Program-made: the position numbers and the translations under genes
Origin: a virus
Taxonomy: Duplodnaviria > Caudoviricetes
IMG/VR virus record: IMGVR_UViG_3300049172_000212
Coordinates: 1-60,790 of that record
Length of the DNA: 60,790 bases
Strand: one strand, 5' to 3'
In this document: positions 46,962-56,099 of the stretch, piece after piece
Position numbering within the stretch: position 1 is the stretch's first letter
How the letters are laid out: every line of letters begins with the position of its first letter
The notes under the pieces: model-generated
What the model was told of the DNA's origin: nothing
What the model saw: only the letters and a program-made list of their open reading frames with translations
The model's database searches: none

Positions 46962-47816
46962 ATGCGACAAGAATTTCTTGGAAACGGAGCAGCTAACAGA
47001 ATGCCATGGATTGATTACGTAGGGCGCTCGTTTCGCCGAAGAATGAACATTAAGGACACCTTCGGTGGGAACTTTGTACAGGGCATCAGCGAGAGCAAGG
47101 TCGAACGGACTGTGATAGTCGCCTCCGATCCTCTCCATAACGGGTACGGGTACAAGGACCAGGACCTGCCCGACGGTTCCTACGAATTCTTTGGACAGGC
47201 ACCTCGCGATGGCGATCCCTGGGCCAACAATAACCACATGGTGCGCGACCATGTTGCCAGAGGCCGATCGCTGCTCCTGTTCGTCGAGGACAACGATGAG
47301 TACTTCTTTCGCGGCGAATACCTCTACAACGGCCATCGCCTTGAGCAGCGGGTAATCCGAGGCATTGAAGGCCCGCAGGTGATCTTCAACCTGATCCGCG
47401 CGGACGCAGCCGCACAGCCTGCGCTGCAGGCCGCGATTGATAACTTGTTCGAAGTATCGATCGACGATCTGCGTGAGCGAGCAATTGCGGCTGGCAATCC
47501 AAATCCCGAAAGGGATCAGCAAAGAGGCGCGACCTTTCGCCGATCTGTCGATGTCTCGGCGTATGTGCTGCGTCGCGCGAAAGGAGAGTGCGAGGGATGC
47601 GGAAAGCCGGGTCCGTTCAAAACGCGCACGGGCCAGCTCTATCTTGAGTGCCACCATATCGACAAACTGGCCGATTGCGGCCCCGACGACATATACTCTG
47701 TTATTGCCCTGTGCCCGACGTGTCATCGCTTCGTGCACCATGCGGAAGGCGGTGCGGAGCGTAACGAGGAATTTCGAGAAAAGATGCTGACAATCGAACC
47801 TCGTGATGGAAATTGA
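46962..47816 (+). CDS. SRA-like plus HNH endonuclease (McrA-like modification-dependent restriction candidate)
   Basis: FGGN..QGIS, YGYKD..YEFFGQ; CEGC..LECHH..ALCPTCH. Confidence 0.82.
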   Translation: MRQEFLGNGAANRMPWIDYVGRSFRRRMNIKDTFGGNFVQGISESKVERTVIVASDPLHNGYGYKDQDLPDGSYEFFGQAPRDGDPWANNNHMVRDHVARGRSLLLFVEDNDEYFFRGEYLYNGHRLEQRVIRGIEGPQVIFNLIRADAAAQPALQAAIDNLFEVSIDDLRERAIAAGNPNPERDQQRGATFRRSVDVSAYVLRRAKGECEGCGKPGPFKTRTGQLYLECHHIDKLADCGPDDIYSVIALCPTCHRFVHHAEGGAERNEEFREKMLTIEPRDGN

Positions 47817-47918
47817 AGCATCAGCGATCTCAGCATCACAAAGAAGGTCTGCAACAAGCATTTTGTTCGGCATCACTCTTCCTCGGCCTTCGATTCTGGG
47901 CAGATCCAGTCCGCCCTA

Positions 47919-48323
47919 TCAGCCCATTTCTGAGCCTGGGCTCGCCAGCGTTTGGCGATGCGCAACCGCCTCAAAAGAGGCAATCTTCTGATCCAGCGAA
48001 GCCAGACGGGAGCGGAGTTCTCGTGCTTCAATTTTGCTCTCCTCGATCAGAGCCGCCCGTAAGGCGTCCATTTCATCGCTATCGATCCGGCGCGCCGTCC
48101 CTTCCCAGATTGAACGGGCGCGGCGCGCGGTAAATTCCTTGGTGACGCGCGGCGAAATAAACCGCACAGCTTCATAGAAAATGTTGTCGAGCTTGGTGTA
48201 CCGCTGGAGCGGCCACGCATCTCTCATCAAGTTTTTAGCCGTCAAAGTCGGACTCATTACCTTCTTCCTGTCAGCTACTTCCTTGGGGTGAGAACCCAAA
48301 TCCTTGTCGTTGAAACCCAACAC
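47919..48323 (-). CDS. CII-position phage regulatory protein
   Basis: RRARSIWEG HTH-like segment plus coiled coil. Confidence 0.65.
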   Translation of the reverse strand: MLGFNDKDLGSHPKEVADRKKVMSPTLTAKNLMRDAWPLQRYTKLDNIFYEAVRFISPRVTKEFTARRARSIWEGTARRIDSDEMDALRAALIEESKIEARELRSRLASLDQKIASFEAVAHRQTLASPGSEMG

Positions 48324-48836
48324 CTTGTCGGCCTCCTGCGCTAAACCTGACCTCGTTCCACGGAGACTTCAGATGCGCAGGACCGATATTAATGAGGAGG
48401 GAGGCACTGACGCCAATCAGGGCACTTCCCTCTCCGGCTCAGGCCGCCGCCTGGATTCCGTTATTCCATTTCCCCGCAGAGCCGATCCGCCATCCGGCTT
48501 TGCCGCCGAAGTCTCTCCGCCAGAGGCTTCGGCACCTTTCGAAAGTCTCGGATCCGTCACTCAAGCTGTCGTCATGCGACTTGCGAATGATGCTGTCCGG
48601 TTAAGAGTGCTCCGGGTCGCTAGGGAGGAGGACGACCCGGAGCGTTGACGGGCTTGGAGGGGCAGCCCCGTCAATTCATGAGCCGTGCGGCTCGGACCAA
48701 GGTTCGACCTGGCTAGATTCGTCACGTCGCTGATTTGCGAGAGCGCCAGACTTGGAAGGAAAGACGAGACCGGCGGTGATGAAGCCGACGAACCCGCCGA
48801 CGAGGACACCAGCCAAGGCGCCATAGAGAAAAGATG

Positions 48837-49139
48837 TCATGCGTCTGCGCTTTCCCGAGATGGGTTCAACATGGTCTTGAAGATTTCGATTGAGGTCTTG
48901 CGCGTCACCAGCGGCTTGAAATGCGCGTAGTGAAAGCCTGGTTCTATGGAGCCAAATTCTGGAACCATGTGAGAATTGTCTATCTCGACAAACCTCAGAA
49001 GAACGCAGCCATTGCCATGGTCATTGATGGCGCGGATCGTGTAGACGCCGCCGAGCGCCGGCCAAGCAGCCGGTATGTTCGTTAGAACTTTCCCGGAAAT
49101 CCTCACTACCTTCTGGCCGATTTGGAAGTTGCACGTCAT
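48837..49139 (-). CDS. Hypothetical phage protein
   Basis: FQIGQKVV...YTIRAI...HFKPLV. Confidence 0.65.
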   Translation of the reverse strand: MTCNFQIGQKVVRISGKVLTNIPAAWPALGGVYTIRAINDHGNGCVLLRFVEIDNSHMVPEFGSIEPGFHYAHFKPLVTRKTSIEIFKTMLNPSRESADA

Positions 49140-49293
49140 GACGCCCTCACCTCCTTCGGTTCTGTCTGCCCGCACCGTTCGCAATGGCGCTCGATCACTT
49201 CTGCGATCGACAGCACGCGTTCACATTTTGGGCAGGCCGTGTAAGGTTGGAACTGAGCTTTCCGGCTCTGAATTGCCGAGGACAGACGGGTGT

Positions 49294-50241
49294 TCATGCT
49301 GCCTCCTCATCCTGCATCGCACGGCGGCAGGAATAGCAATGCTGAAGGCCGCTAGCGCCACATGCGTCAGGCTTCAGGCAGTTCGGACGGTAGTCTTTTG
49401 CCGTCTTGGGAATGGTGGCCGATGGGGTATGTCTAACGAGCCCATCGGCCGTTGCGGCGTTGTCGGGATGAGCGGTTACATGGTCGCCTCCTGTTTTGGC
49501 GTCGGGGCTGTCCTCGCCTCTCAAAATGCTGGGCTGGGTTTCGCGATCGACGCTGGGTACTTCGGCTTCGCCTTGAGAGGCCGGAGCGGATTCGGAAAGA
49601 GTTGCGGGGATGCCGTGTGGATCAGTGACGGCATCCCCTACCGGTGCAGCGGACGCATCCGACTGCTCCTTGCCTCCGGTACGGCAATCGTCAGCAAAGC
49701 CGACCATAGAGGCGCGCTGACGTTCGCTCTCCTCAGTGGCCCTACTAGCCGGATCATCAGAGGCTGCAGCGCTCTCGTCCGCAGCCCCCTCCCCGACGTT
49801 CGCTACGGGATCTTCTTCCGCCTCTTCGCGGGCGATCATGATATCGACGGCAGCAGTCAGCGCGGCGCGACCGGCTTCGGTCTGCATGCCGGTTGCTACA
49901 GTAGCGACGAGCTTGGCGCTGACGTTGTCGTCGAGGAACACGCCCGTGATCGGGTCGAACTGTTCTTCCTCATGCGTGTGCGTAGCAACTGCCGTGCCCG
50001 ATGCACGGTGGTACGCAGTCAGGTAGGTGTCGAAGATCGATTCCGCTTCCTCGACAGCGTCAGCGCCAGACTTTTCGATCTTGCGGAGATGGGCGACGAG
50101 CTTGCCCATGACCGTTTTATCGTAGCCTTGAGCCTTGGCTTCGGCATAGACTTCCCGAATATCATCGCTGAGCGTGTCCTGCTCTTCCTTGAGGCGGAGG
50201 ACACGGTCGATAAAGGCTTTCAGTTGCCTGTCGGCGGTCAT
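49294..50241 (-). CDS. GapR/DUF2312 domain protein with long acidic extension
   Basis: QLKAFIDRVLRLKEEQ...DIREVYAEAKAQGYD. Confidence 0.85.
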   Translation of the reverse strand: MTADRQLKAFIDRVLRLKEEQDTLSDDIREVYAEAKAQGYDKTVMGKLVAHLRKIEKSGADAVEEAESIFDTYLTAYHRASGTAVATHTHEEEQFDPITGVFLDDNVSAKLVATVATGMQTEAGRAALTAAVDIMIAREEAEEDPVANVGEGAADESAAASDDPASRATEESERQRASMVGFADDCRTGGKEQSDASAAPVGDAVTDPHGIPATLSESAPASQGEAEVPSVDRETQPSILRGEDSPDAKTGGDHVTAHPDNAATADGLVRHTPSATIPKTAKDYRPNCLKPDACGASGLQHCYSCRRAMQDEEAA

Positions 50242-50453
50242 GGTGCTGCCCCCGAATGTTGTTGGAACACGTCAGGGCGGATCTCGTGAGGGGGAATGCC
50301 GGTGATCTTCGAGATGGCTTGAACCTTCTCGGCCGGAACCCGGCGCTTGCCGGATTCGTAGCGATGCCATTGCACTCCGCTCACTCCGACAAGGGAGCCA
50401 GCTTCATCAATGCTTATCGCGCGCCCAATGCGCCATACCCTGATCTTTTCCAT
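50238..50453 (-). CDS. cro: Cro-like repressor
   Basis: 71-aa HTH ending IRPDVF; divergent from the repressor gene. Confidence 0.85.
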   Translation of the reverse strand: MEKIRVWRIGRAISIDEAGSLVGVSGVQWHRYESGKRRVPAEKVQAISKITGIPPHEIRPDVFQQHSGAAP

Positions 50454-50459
50454 AGTGGC

Positions 50460-50553
50460 AATTTACCAATATGGCAATTTCTGTCAACTGACAAAATTAC
50501 CAATCTGGCTATTCTGTCCCATCAGCCGGGAAAGTAGGTTACCGGCATGGCAA
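50460..50553. promoter_or_regulatory. PR-like promoter and three operators
   Basis: TTACC-N5-GGCAA-type sites at 50463, 50497 and 50539; - strand TTGACA-N16-TAAATT. Confidence 0.75.
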
Positions 50554-50894
50554 ACACAAAGACCACATCCGAGCTGAAGGGCGTCTACATCAAGGATTTG
50601 ATGGAGGCGAAGGGCTTGAAGAATAAGGATGTGGCGGAGGCCATGGGGACAAGCGACGTGAATGTGTCGCGTCTTCTGAGTGGACAGAGAGGCCTTGATC
50701 TGGATTGGCTCAATTCATTTGCCAGAGCGCTTGATGTCCCTGTCTGGAAGCTATTCCAGCCCCCCACCGATCACAAGAAGGCAAGCGGCGAAGCTGAAGT
50801 TAAGGCAGTTCTTCGAACCATTGACGGACTGCCGGAAGAAGCGATCAATCCGGTTTGGCGCTTGATTTCGGGTTACATTGAAGACGCCGGGTAA
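50547..50894 (+). CDS. cI: XRE-family prophage repressor without S24 peptidase domain
   Basis: 115-aa HTH protein lying between the operator sets. Confidence 0.8.
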   Translation: MANTKTTSELKGVYIKDLMEAKGLKNKDVAEAMGTSDVNVSRLLSGQRGLDLDWLNSFARALDVPVWKLFQPPTDHKKASGEAEVKAVLRTIDGLPEEAINPVWRLISGYIEDAG

Positions 50895-51105
50895 TATGGA
50901 CGAAGCCATCTTCGTGATCTACCTGGATGCGCCAATCTCCACCATGAAGGACAGCCATCGCGATTGAAATCTCGGCGGCCTTCCTTTTGATTACCGTTTC
51001 CAGCTCATTTTCCGTTGACCCGCCCGTGCCATACAGAAGGTCTGCGACGATCTCTTCGTTTCGGCTTTGATATTTCGGCCGAATGCGATGAATAATGGCC
51101 AACAT
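50845..51105 (-). CDS. LexA-boxed small protein (antirepressor candidate)
   Basis: AAGGGAG RBS; LexA box ~50 bp upstream. Confidence 0.65.
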   Translation of the reverse strand: MLAIIHRIRPKYQSRNEEIVADLLYGTGGSTENELETVIKRKAAEISIAMAVLHGGDWRIQVDHEDGFVHITRRLQCNPKSSAKPD

Positions 51106-51153
51106 GGTCTCCCTTAGCATCCGCTACGGATGCACTAGATGACTCAATTAGCG

Positions 51154-51168
51154 GAACATTTCAAGAAC
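51154..51168. promoter_or_regulatory. LexA box
   Basis: GAAC-ATTTCAA-GAAC. Confidence 0.75.
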
Positions 51169-51227
51169 AAACTGCAACTTTCACGAGTCAGAAGGGAGCG
51201 CTCGTTCGACTGTCACAACGACTAAAA

Positions 51228-51278
51228 TTACCATTTCGGCAACTTACGCCTTGACATAAATTACCATTTCGGTAAATT
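51228..51278 (+). promoter_or_regulatory. PL-like promoter and two operators
   Basis: TTACCATTTCGG(C/T)AA at 51228 and 51261; TTGACA-N16-TAAATT. Confidence 0.8.
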
Positions 51279-51292
51279 GTCCTCATCAACGA

Positions 51293-51562
51293 ATGAGGAC
51301 CGCGATGCACACCGCAGCAATCACATCCCACAACTTCGATACCCGCGAGATGCGGACGCTCGTATCCTTCATGCGCCGCCGGTTCCTCGTGAAGAACTTC
51401 GTCGATGTGGCCTTCTTCACTGAAAGCGAGCGCGAAGAGTTCGACCGCCTCTGCGCTGAAATGGATGTGCCGAGCGCTGCCGAGTGGAAGATGCGCATGC
51501 AGTCCGCTGAGGACGAAGTTCCTGAGGCGGAAGATGCCGTGCTGTTGGAGGCCGCTGAATAA
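51293..51562 (+). CDS. Early hypothetical protein
   Basis: First ORF after PL. Confidence 0.65.
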   Translation: MRTAMHTAAITSHNFDTREMRTLVSFMRRRFLVKNFVDVAFFTESEREEFDRLCAEMDVPSAAEWKMRMQSAEDEVPEAEDAVLLEAAE

Positions 51563-51828
51563 TGGCCGACCATTGCACCACCCGCGCCTTTGACGGCTGC
51601 AGTTGCGATCCTGGCGAGTGCCAATCGGCCTCCGCCCGCCTCGCGGAAATCAATCTCAGGATCAAGACCGTCGAGGCAAAGCGCCGCGCGGGTATGGCCC
51701 TCCTCACCTACAGCGCGAGCCTCTGCATCGTGCTCGCCCTCTTCTCCCTTTCATTCGTCTTCATCGCCGTGCCGGAGAGCAAAAAGCTTGCCCGTGCCAA
51801 CCAGGAGAATGTCTATGTCCAACGATAA
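51562..51828 (+). CDS. Small membrane protein
   Basis: Cys-rich N-terminus and one TM; coupled ORF. Confidence 0.6.
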   Translation: MADHCTTRAFDGCSCDPGECQSASARLAEINLRIKTVEAKRRAGMALLTYSASLCIVLALFSLSFVFIAVPESKKLARANQENVYVQR

Positions 51829-52789
51829 TGCATGGAAATGGTGGCAGGACGCTCTTGCCGGCAACTTCGGTCCGATCCACGACAGCGACCCGCAGCAGGG
51901 ATACTACCGCACGCGGTTTAAGGATAAGCCGTGGGAGCCCGTCGCGATCTGGTTCGAGAACGGCGAATGGCACGCGATGCGCGGCGAGCGCGCGATCAAC
52001 GCTGCCGAGATCTGGACGTTCTGCTGCCGGAACCCAATCTCCTATGAAGCCTATAACAAGGCTATCGACGGCGGCGGCTGGGATGATGAGCCGGAAGCGC
52101 CAGCTATCGGCCATAACCTTCCGTCCGATCCTTTCGAAGCCCTGCAGGTCGAGTTTGCAGCCGAGAAGGAACAGGCAGAGGCATTCCTCAAGCTCCCGAT
52201 CAAGACACAGGCCGACGCCGACCGGGCCGCGATCTGGTCGAAGCGGCTGTCCACGATCGCCAAGAAGGCAACCGACCTGCACAAGGTCGAGAAACAGCCG
52301 AGCCTCGACGAGAGCCGCCGCATCGACGACAAATGGCGCGGCCTCAAGGAAGATCCGGCTGACCTGAGCAAACGGCTCAAGCGGCACATGGACGACTATC
52401 TGCGCGAACAGCAGCGGATCGAGGCCGAGCGTCAACGGAAGGCTCAGGAAGAAGCTGACCGGAAACGTCGCGAGGCTGAAGAAGCGGCGCGTCTTGCCTC
52501 CGTCGCTAACGACGATGCCGCTGTGGACGAAGCCAAGCGCAAGCAGGAAGAAGCCGCGCAGGCCGAACGTGACGCCCAGGCTCGCAACGCCAGCGCCGGC
52601 CGCACTGGTGCCCGTGTCGCACTCCGAACCTTCGTGTTCGCTGAGATCACCGACTTCGAAAAGCTGCTCCTCGCCCTAAAGGATCGTCCCGAAATCAAGG
52701 AAGTCGTCGAGACGCTGGCAAACCGCGCCGCCCGGTCGGGTGTCGAACTGGCCGGCATGACGATCCGTAGCGAGCAGAGGGCCGCCTGA
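51815..52789 (+). CDS. Coiled-coil recombination-region protein
   Basis: PQQGYYR...EPVAIW; IGHN; long coiled coil. Confidence 0.75.
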   Translation: MSNDNAWKWWQDALAGNFGPIHDSDPQQGYYRTRFKDKPWEPVAIWFENGEWHAMRGERAINAAEIWTFCCRNPISYEAYNKAIDGGGWDDEPEAPAIGHNLPSDPFEALQVEFAAEKEQAEAFLKLPIKTQADADRAAIWSKRLSTIAKKATDLHKVEKQPSLDESRRIDDKWRGLKEDPADLSKRLKRHMDDYLREQQRIEAERQRKAQEEADRKRREAEEAARLASVANDDAAVDEAKRKQEEAAQAERDAQARNASAGRTGARVALRTFVFAEITDFEKLLLALKDRPEIKEVVETLANRAARSGVELAGMTIRSEQRAA

Positions 52790-52790
52790 C

Positions 52791-53036
52791 ATGGAAACTG
52801 TAGCAATCACACTCGCCGTCGCTGCTGTGAAGTTCAAGTGGCAGAAGGACGAAAAGACTTACGACTACTTCATCCCCAAGGGCATGACAGTGAACGTCGG
52901 CGACAAGGTCATCGTGGAGACGACGCGCGGCGAGACGACCGTGGAGGTCATGGCGATCAAGCCGGAATCGGAGATGGCACAGAAGAAGATCGTTCGCGTC
53001 GTACAGCCCGAGCCTGCGGAAGGAGAAGGCGCATGA
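52791..53036 (+). CDS. Small beta-barrel hypothetical protein
   Basis: KTYDYF...VGDKVIVET. Confidence 0.65.
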   Translation: METVAITLAVAAVKFKWQKDEKTYDYFIPKGMTVNVGDKVIVETTRGETTVEVMAIKPESEMAQKKIVRVVQPEPAEGEGA

Positions 53037-54007
53037 ACGCTCACGTTCCAGCACTCGCAGGTGGCGGCAATGTCATCGCCATCGTCCCGCAGACTTTCGA
53101 AGAGACAATGCGGGTATCCCGCGCCGTCGTTGCCTCCGGCCTCGCGCCGGCGGCACTGGTCGGTAAGCTGACTGGCGATGACGCCGCGGCTGCCGTGGCG
53201 GTCGCCATCATGTCGGGCGCTGAACTCGGTCTCAAGCCCATGGTGAGCCTTCGCAGCTTCACCGTGATCAACGGCAAGCCCGCCCTCTACGGTGACGGCC
53301 TTATCAACGTTGTCCGTATGTCAGGCCGGGTCGCGTACCTTCGCACCGGCTGCGACGAGATCGGCGGCAAGCTCGTCGGCTACTGCGAAGCCAAGCGCAG
53401 CGACACCGGGGAAGAGAAGCGCGTCGAGTTCAGTCAAGACGACGCGACCCGCGCGCGCCTCTGGGACGAGCGGGCGGTCGTAAAGAAGCAGGTTTGGGAA
53501 AACGGTCAGAAGGTCTGGCGCGACAACGTACCGAATGATGCGCCATGGTACCGATTCCCGAAGCGCATGCTTGCATGGCGCGCGGCTGGCTACTGCCTCC
53601 GCGAACTGTTCGGTGACGTGCTAGGCGGTATCCGTGACGAGTTCGAGGCTCGCGAGATCGCCGACGTCGAGGAAATGCGCGACGTCACGCCGCCAGCAGA
53701 GACGACCAAGGCTATATCGAAGCCTCCGGCCCCTCCAAAGCCACCGGCGCCACCCGCCGCCAAAACCGTTGACGTTGAACCAGCGCAAGAAGCCTCCGAC
53801 GCATCGGAGTTCATCCTCGGCGACTTCCTGAACGAGATCGAGACGGCGCTCGACAGTGCTCCTGACGAAGCCAGCGTCGAAGAGATCTGGAACGACTTCG
53901 ACGCCCCGGCCGTGCTCGAGACGGAGGGCCATGCCGACATGATCGAAGCGGCCTATGCGATCAAGAGCCGTCGCCTCGCGAAGCTCAGTCCGTTGAATGG
54001 GGGCTGA
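53033..54007 (+). CDS. RecT-like ssDNA annealing protein
   Basis: GAELGLKP..VINGKPALYGD..PWYRFPKRMLAWRA. Confidence 0.82.
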   Translation: MNAHVPALAGGGNVIAIVPQTFEETMRVSRAVVASGLAPAALVGKLTGDDAAAAVAVAIMSGAELGLKPMVSLRSFTVINGKPALYGDGLINVVRMSGRVAYLRTGCDEIGGKLVGYCEAKRSDTGEEKRVEFSQDDATRARLWDERAVVKKQVWENGQKVWRDNVPNDAPWYRFPKRMLAWRAAGYCLRELFGDVLGGIRDEFEAREIADVEEMRDVTPPAETTKAISKPPAPPKPPAPPAAKTVDVEPAQEASDASEFILGDFLNEIETALDSAPDEASVEEIWNDFDAPAVLETEGHADMIEAAYAIKSRRLAKLSPLNGG

Positions 54008-54008
54008 T

Positions 54009-54467
54009 ATGGGCACCAACAACCGCATCGTCGATACCGACCAAGCCCGCGAGATGCTGGTGAAATACATCATGCGCAAGACAATGCCCTTCACCTGCAG
54101 CATCTCCGACGGCAAGCACCGGACTAGCGACCAGAACAAGCTTCAGCGCCTGTGGGTGTTGGAAATCTCGGCGCAACTCGGCGACCAGTCACCGGAAGAG
54201 GTCCGGGGCTACTGTAAGCTGCATTTCGGCGTCCCGATCCTTCGGAACGAGAACGACGTCTTCAAGGCTGAATATGACGCCGTGATCATGCCGCTCCCCT
54301 ACGAGCACAAGCTCAAGCTGATGATGGTGCCGTTTGACTTTGGCGTCACGCGGATCATGACGACGCGGCAGAAGACGACCTATCTCGACACGGTCCACCG
54401 TCATTACTCCGAGCAGGGCCTGATCCTGACCAATCCCGAAGATCTAAAGCATCGGAGCGCGGCGTGA
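54009..54467 (+). CDS. NinB-like protein
   Basis: RTSDQNKL..W...CKLHFGVPIL. Confidence 0.7.
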   Translation: MGTNNRIVDTDQAREMLVKYIMRKTMPFTCSISDGKHRTSDQNKLQRLWVLEISAQLGDQSPEEVRGYCKLHFGVPILRNENDVFKAEYDAVIMPLPYEHKLKLMMVPFDFGVTRIMTTRQKTTYLDTVHRHYSEQGLILTNPEDLKHRSAA

Positions 54468-54736
54468 TCGACTGGCAGAAGACGGCCTCACACGTCATCG
54501 GCGAGGTTCACCGAAACCTCCCGGCCGACGCCGACCTTGCCACCCGCAAGAAAGCGCTGCGCGCCGCTCGCCCATGGGAATTTGCCTCGACGAGCTGGGG
54601 CCGGAAGGTCTGGGCCAAGCACTCCCGCAAGTATCTCGAAAAGCACGGCCTGCCGCCGCTGACGGCGAAGGCTATCGAAAACCATCTCTCACCACTCGAG
54701 CGCATGATCGCCAAGGGAAAGGCAGGTGAAGCATGA
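54464..54736 (+). CDS. Hypothetical phage protein
   Basis: Coupled ORF. Confidence 0.65.
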   Translation: MIDWQKTASHVIGEVHRNLPADADLATRKKALRAARPWEFASTSWGRKVWAKHSRKYLEKHGLPPLTAKAIENHLSPLERMIAKGKAGEA

Positions 54737-54969
54737 CAATCACCAAAGTCAAAGCTCACACCCGAGGCGTCCCCGATCCGTTTGCGCCAGTTCTCGAAGC
54801 GAAGCGCGCTTCCTACGCTCGGAAATGGGGCGTTGAGCTCGTGGGAGCAAATGACGATCGGCTTGCCGCACCCGTAGGCGATCCGGTTCCCGGTCCTGCC
54901 CTCGTCTCTCTCGAATCCCTCAAGCAGCAATTGAAGGACATCGCCAAGATGATCGGGTGGCAGGGATGA
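54733..54969 (+). CDS. Hypothetical phage protein
   Basis: Coupled ORF. Confidence 0.6.
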   Translation: MTITKVKAHTRGVPDPFAPVLEAKRASYARKWGVELVGANDDRLAAPVGDPVPGPALVSLESLKQQLKDIAKMIGWQG

Positions 54970-55349
54970 TTTCGACCACGACATGTTGCGCGTGCGGAAT
55001 AGTCTTCGGTATGCCAGATCACTATCTGCAGAGGCGCCGTAGCGACGGCAGAAATTTCTTCTGCCCGAACGGACACTCTCTTTCGTTCGGTGAAACAGAA
55101 AACGATCGCCTCCGCCGAGAGCGCGATCGCCTGAAACAGCAACTCGCAGAGAAAGACGACGCAATTTTGCGCGTCAGGGACAGAGCTGATGCGGCCGAAC
55201 GATCTGCGTCGGCTCGCAAGGGCGTTATAACTCGGCTGAAGAACCGTGCGGCCGCCGGTGTTTGCCCTTGCTGTAACCGATCGTTTGAAAACCTCCGGCG
55301 CCACATGAGCAACCAACATCCGACCTTTAGTGCGCAGGAGGTCGAATAA
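54966..55349 (+). CDS. Zn-finger / coiled-coil protein
   Basis: CACG, CPNGH, CPCC..H..H. Confidence 0.7.
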   Translation: MISTTTCCACGIVFGMPDHYLQRRRSDGRNFFCPNGHSLSFGETENDRLRRERDRLKQQLAEKDDAILRVRDRADAAERSASARKGVITRLKNRAAAGVCPCCNRSFENLRRHMSNQHPTFSAQEVE

Positions 55350-55744
55350 TGGCTCGCCGCGAGTTCACCAAGGCGGTCTACGCTGCGATCGTCAAGCGCG
55401 CGATGCAGCCGAACGGCGAGATCGCCTGCGAAGGCTGCGGTCTTATCCTTGGCCGCAAACCCTATCACGTTGATCACACCATTCCGGACGCTCTGCAGGT
55501 CGACAAGAGCCGGAAGCTGACGGCAGACGACGGCAAGCTGCTCGGGGTCGAGTGCTGCCACAAGCCGAAGACGGTCGAAGACAAGGGCGTCATAGCCAAG
55601 GCAAAGCGGAACGAGGCCAATTACCTCGGCATCAAAACCGCGCCTTCCAAGCCGATCCGCAGCGCCGGATTCCCAAAATCTCAAAAGCCAAAGAAGGCCG
55701 TCGTGTATCGGCCGTGCACCTTCTATCGCGAGGAACAGCCGTGA
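55349..55744 (+). CDS. HNH endonuclease
   Basis: CEGC..HVDH..CCHKPKT. Confidence 0.8.
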   Translation: MARREFTKAVYAAIVKRAMQPNGEIACEGCGLILGRKPYHVDHTIPDALQVDKSRKLTADDGKLLGVECCHKPKTVEDKGVIAKAKRNEANYLGIKTAPSKPIRSAGFPKSQKPKKAVVYRPCTFYREEQP

Positions 55745-55793
55745 GCGTTCCGTATTCCTGCAGCTCGTCCGACCGCGCTGCCATGGACGGTCC

Positions 55794-55817
55794 TGTGGAT
55801 AACCACCCTGTGGATAA
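55794..55817 (-). promoter_or_regulatory. Two perfect DnaA boxes
   Basis: TGTGGATAA at 55794-55802 and 55809-55817. Confidence 0.7.
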
Positions 55818-55838
55818 ATCGAATAACGGGGAGAACTG

Positions 55839-56090
55839 ATGGCTAAGCATTCTGATGCCCTCTCCTATCCGCCGCGCGGCATGTGCCGAGAGGAAGCTGC
55901 TCGCTACGTCGGAGTCGGCACCACGAAGTTCGACGAGATGGTAGCGGATCGACGGATGCCGAAGCCTCGGAAGATCGACGGCCGCGTCGTTTGGGATCGA
56001 ATCGCGCTTGATGCGGCTTTCTCTGATCTTCCCAGCGACGGCGGCAACATGATCGATGAGCTCTTGTCTCGCCGCGGGCTTCATGCGTAA
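55839..56090 (+). CDS. xis: Excisionase / AlpA-like recombination directionality factor
   Basis: PRGMCREEAARYVGVG..WDRIALD; precedes the integrase. Confidence 0.85.
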   Translation: MAKHSDALSYPPRGMCREEAARYVGVGTTKFDEMVADRRMPKPRKIDGRVVWDRIALDAAFSDLPSDGGNMIDELLSRRGLHA

Positions 56091-56099
56091 CCTCTGCGC

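Noticed and set aside
46920-47876. 318-aa - strand ORF
   Set aside because: Shadow of the SRA-HNH gene
49075-50289. 404-aa + strand ORF
   Set aside because: Shadow of the GapR-domain gene
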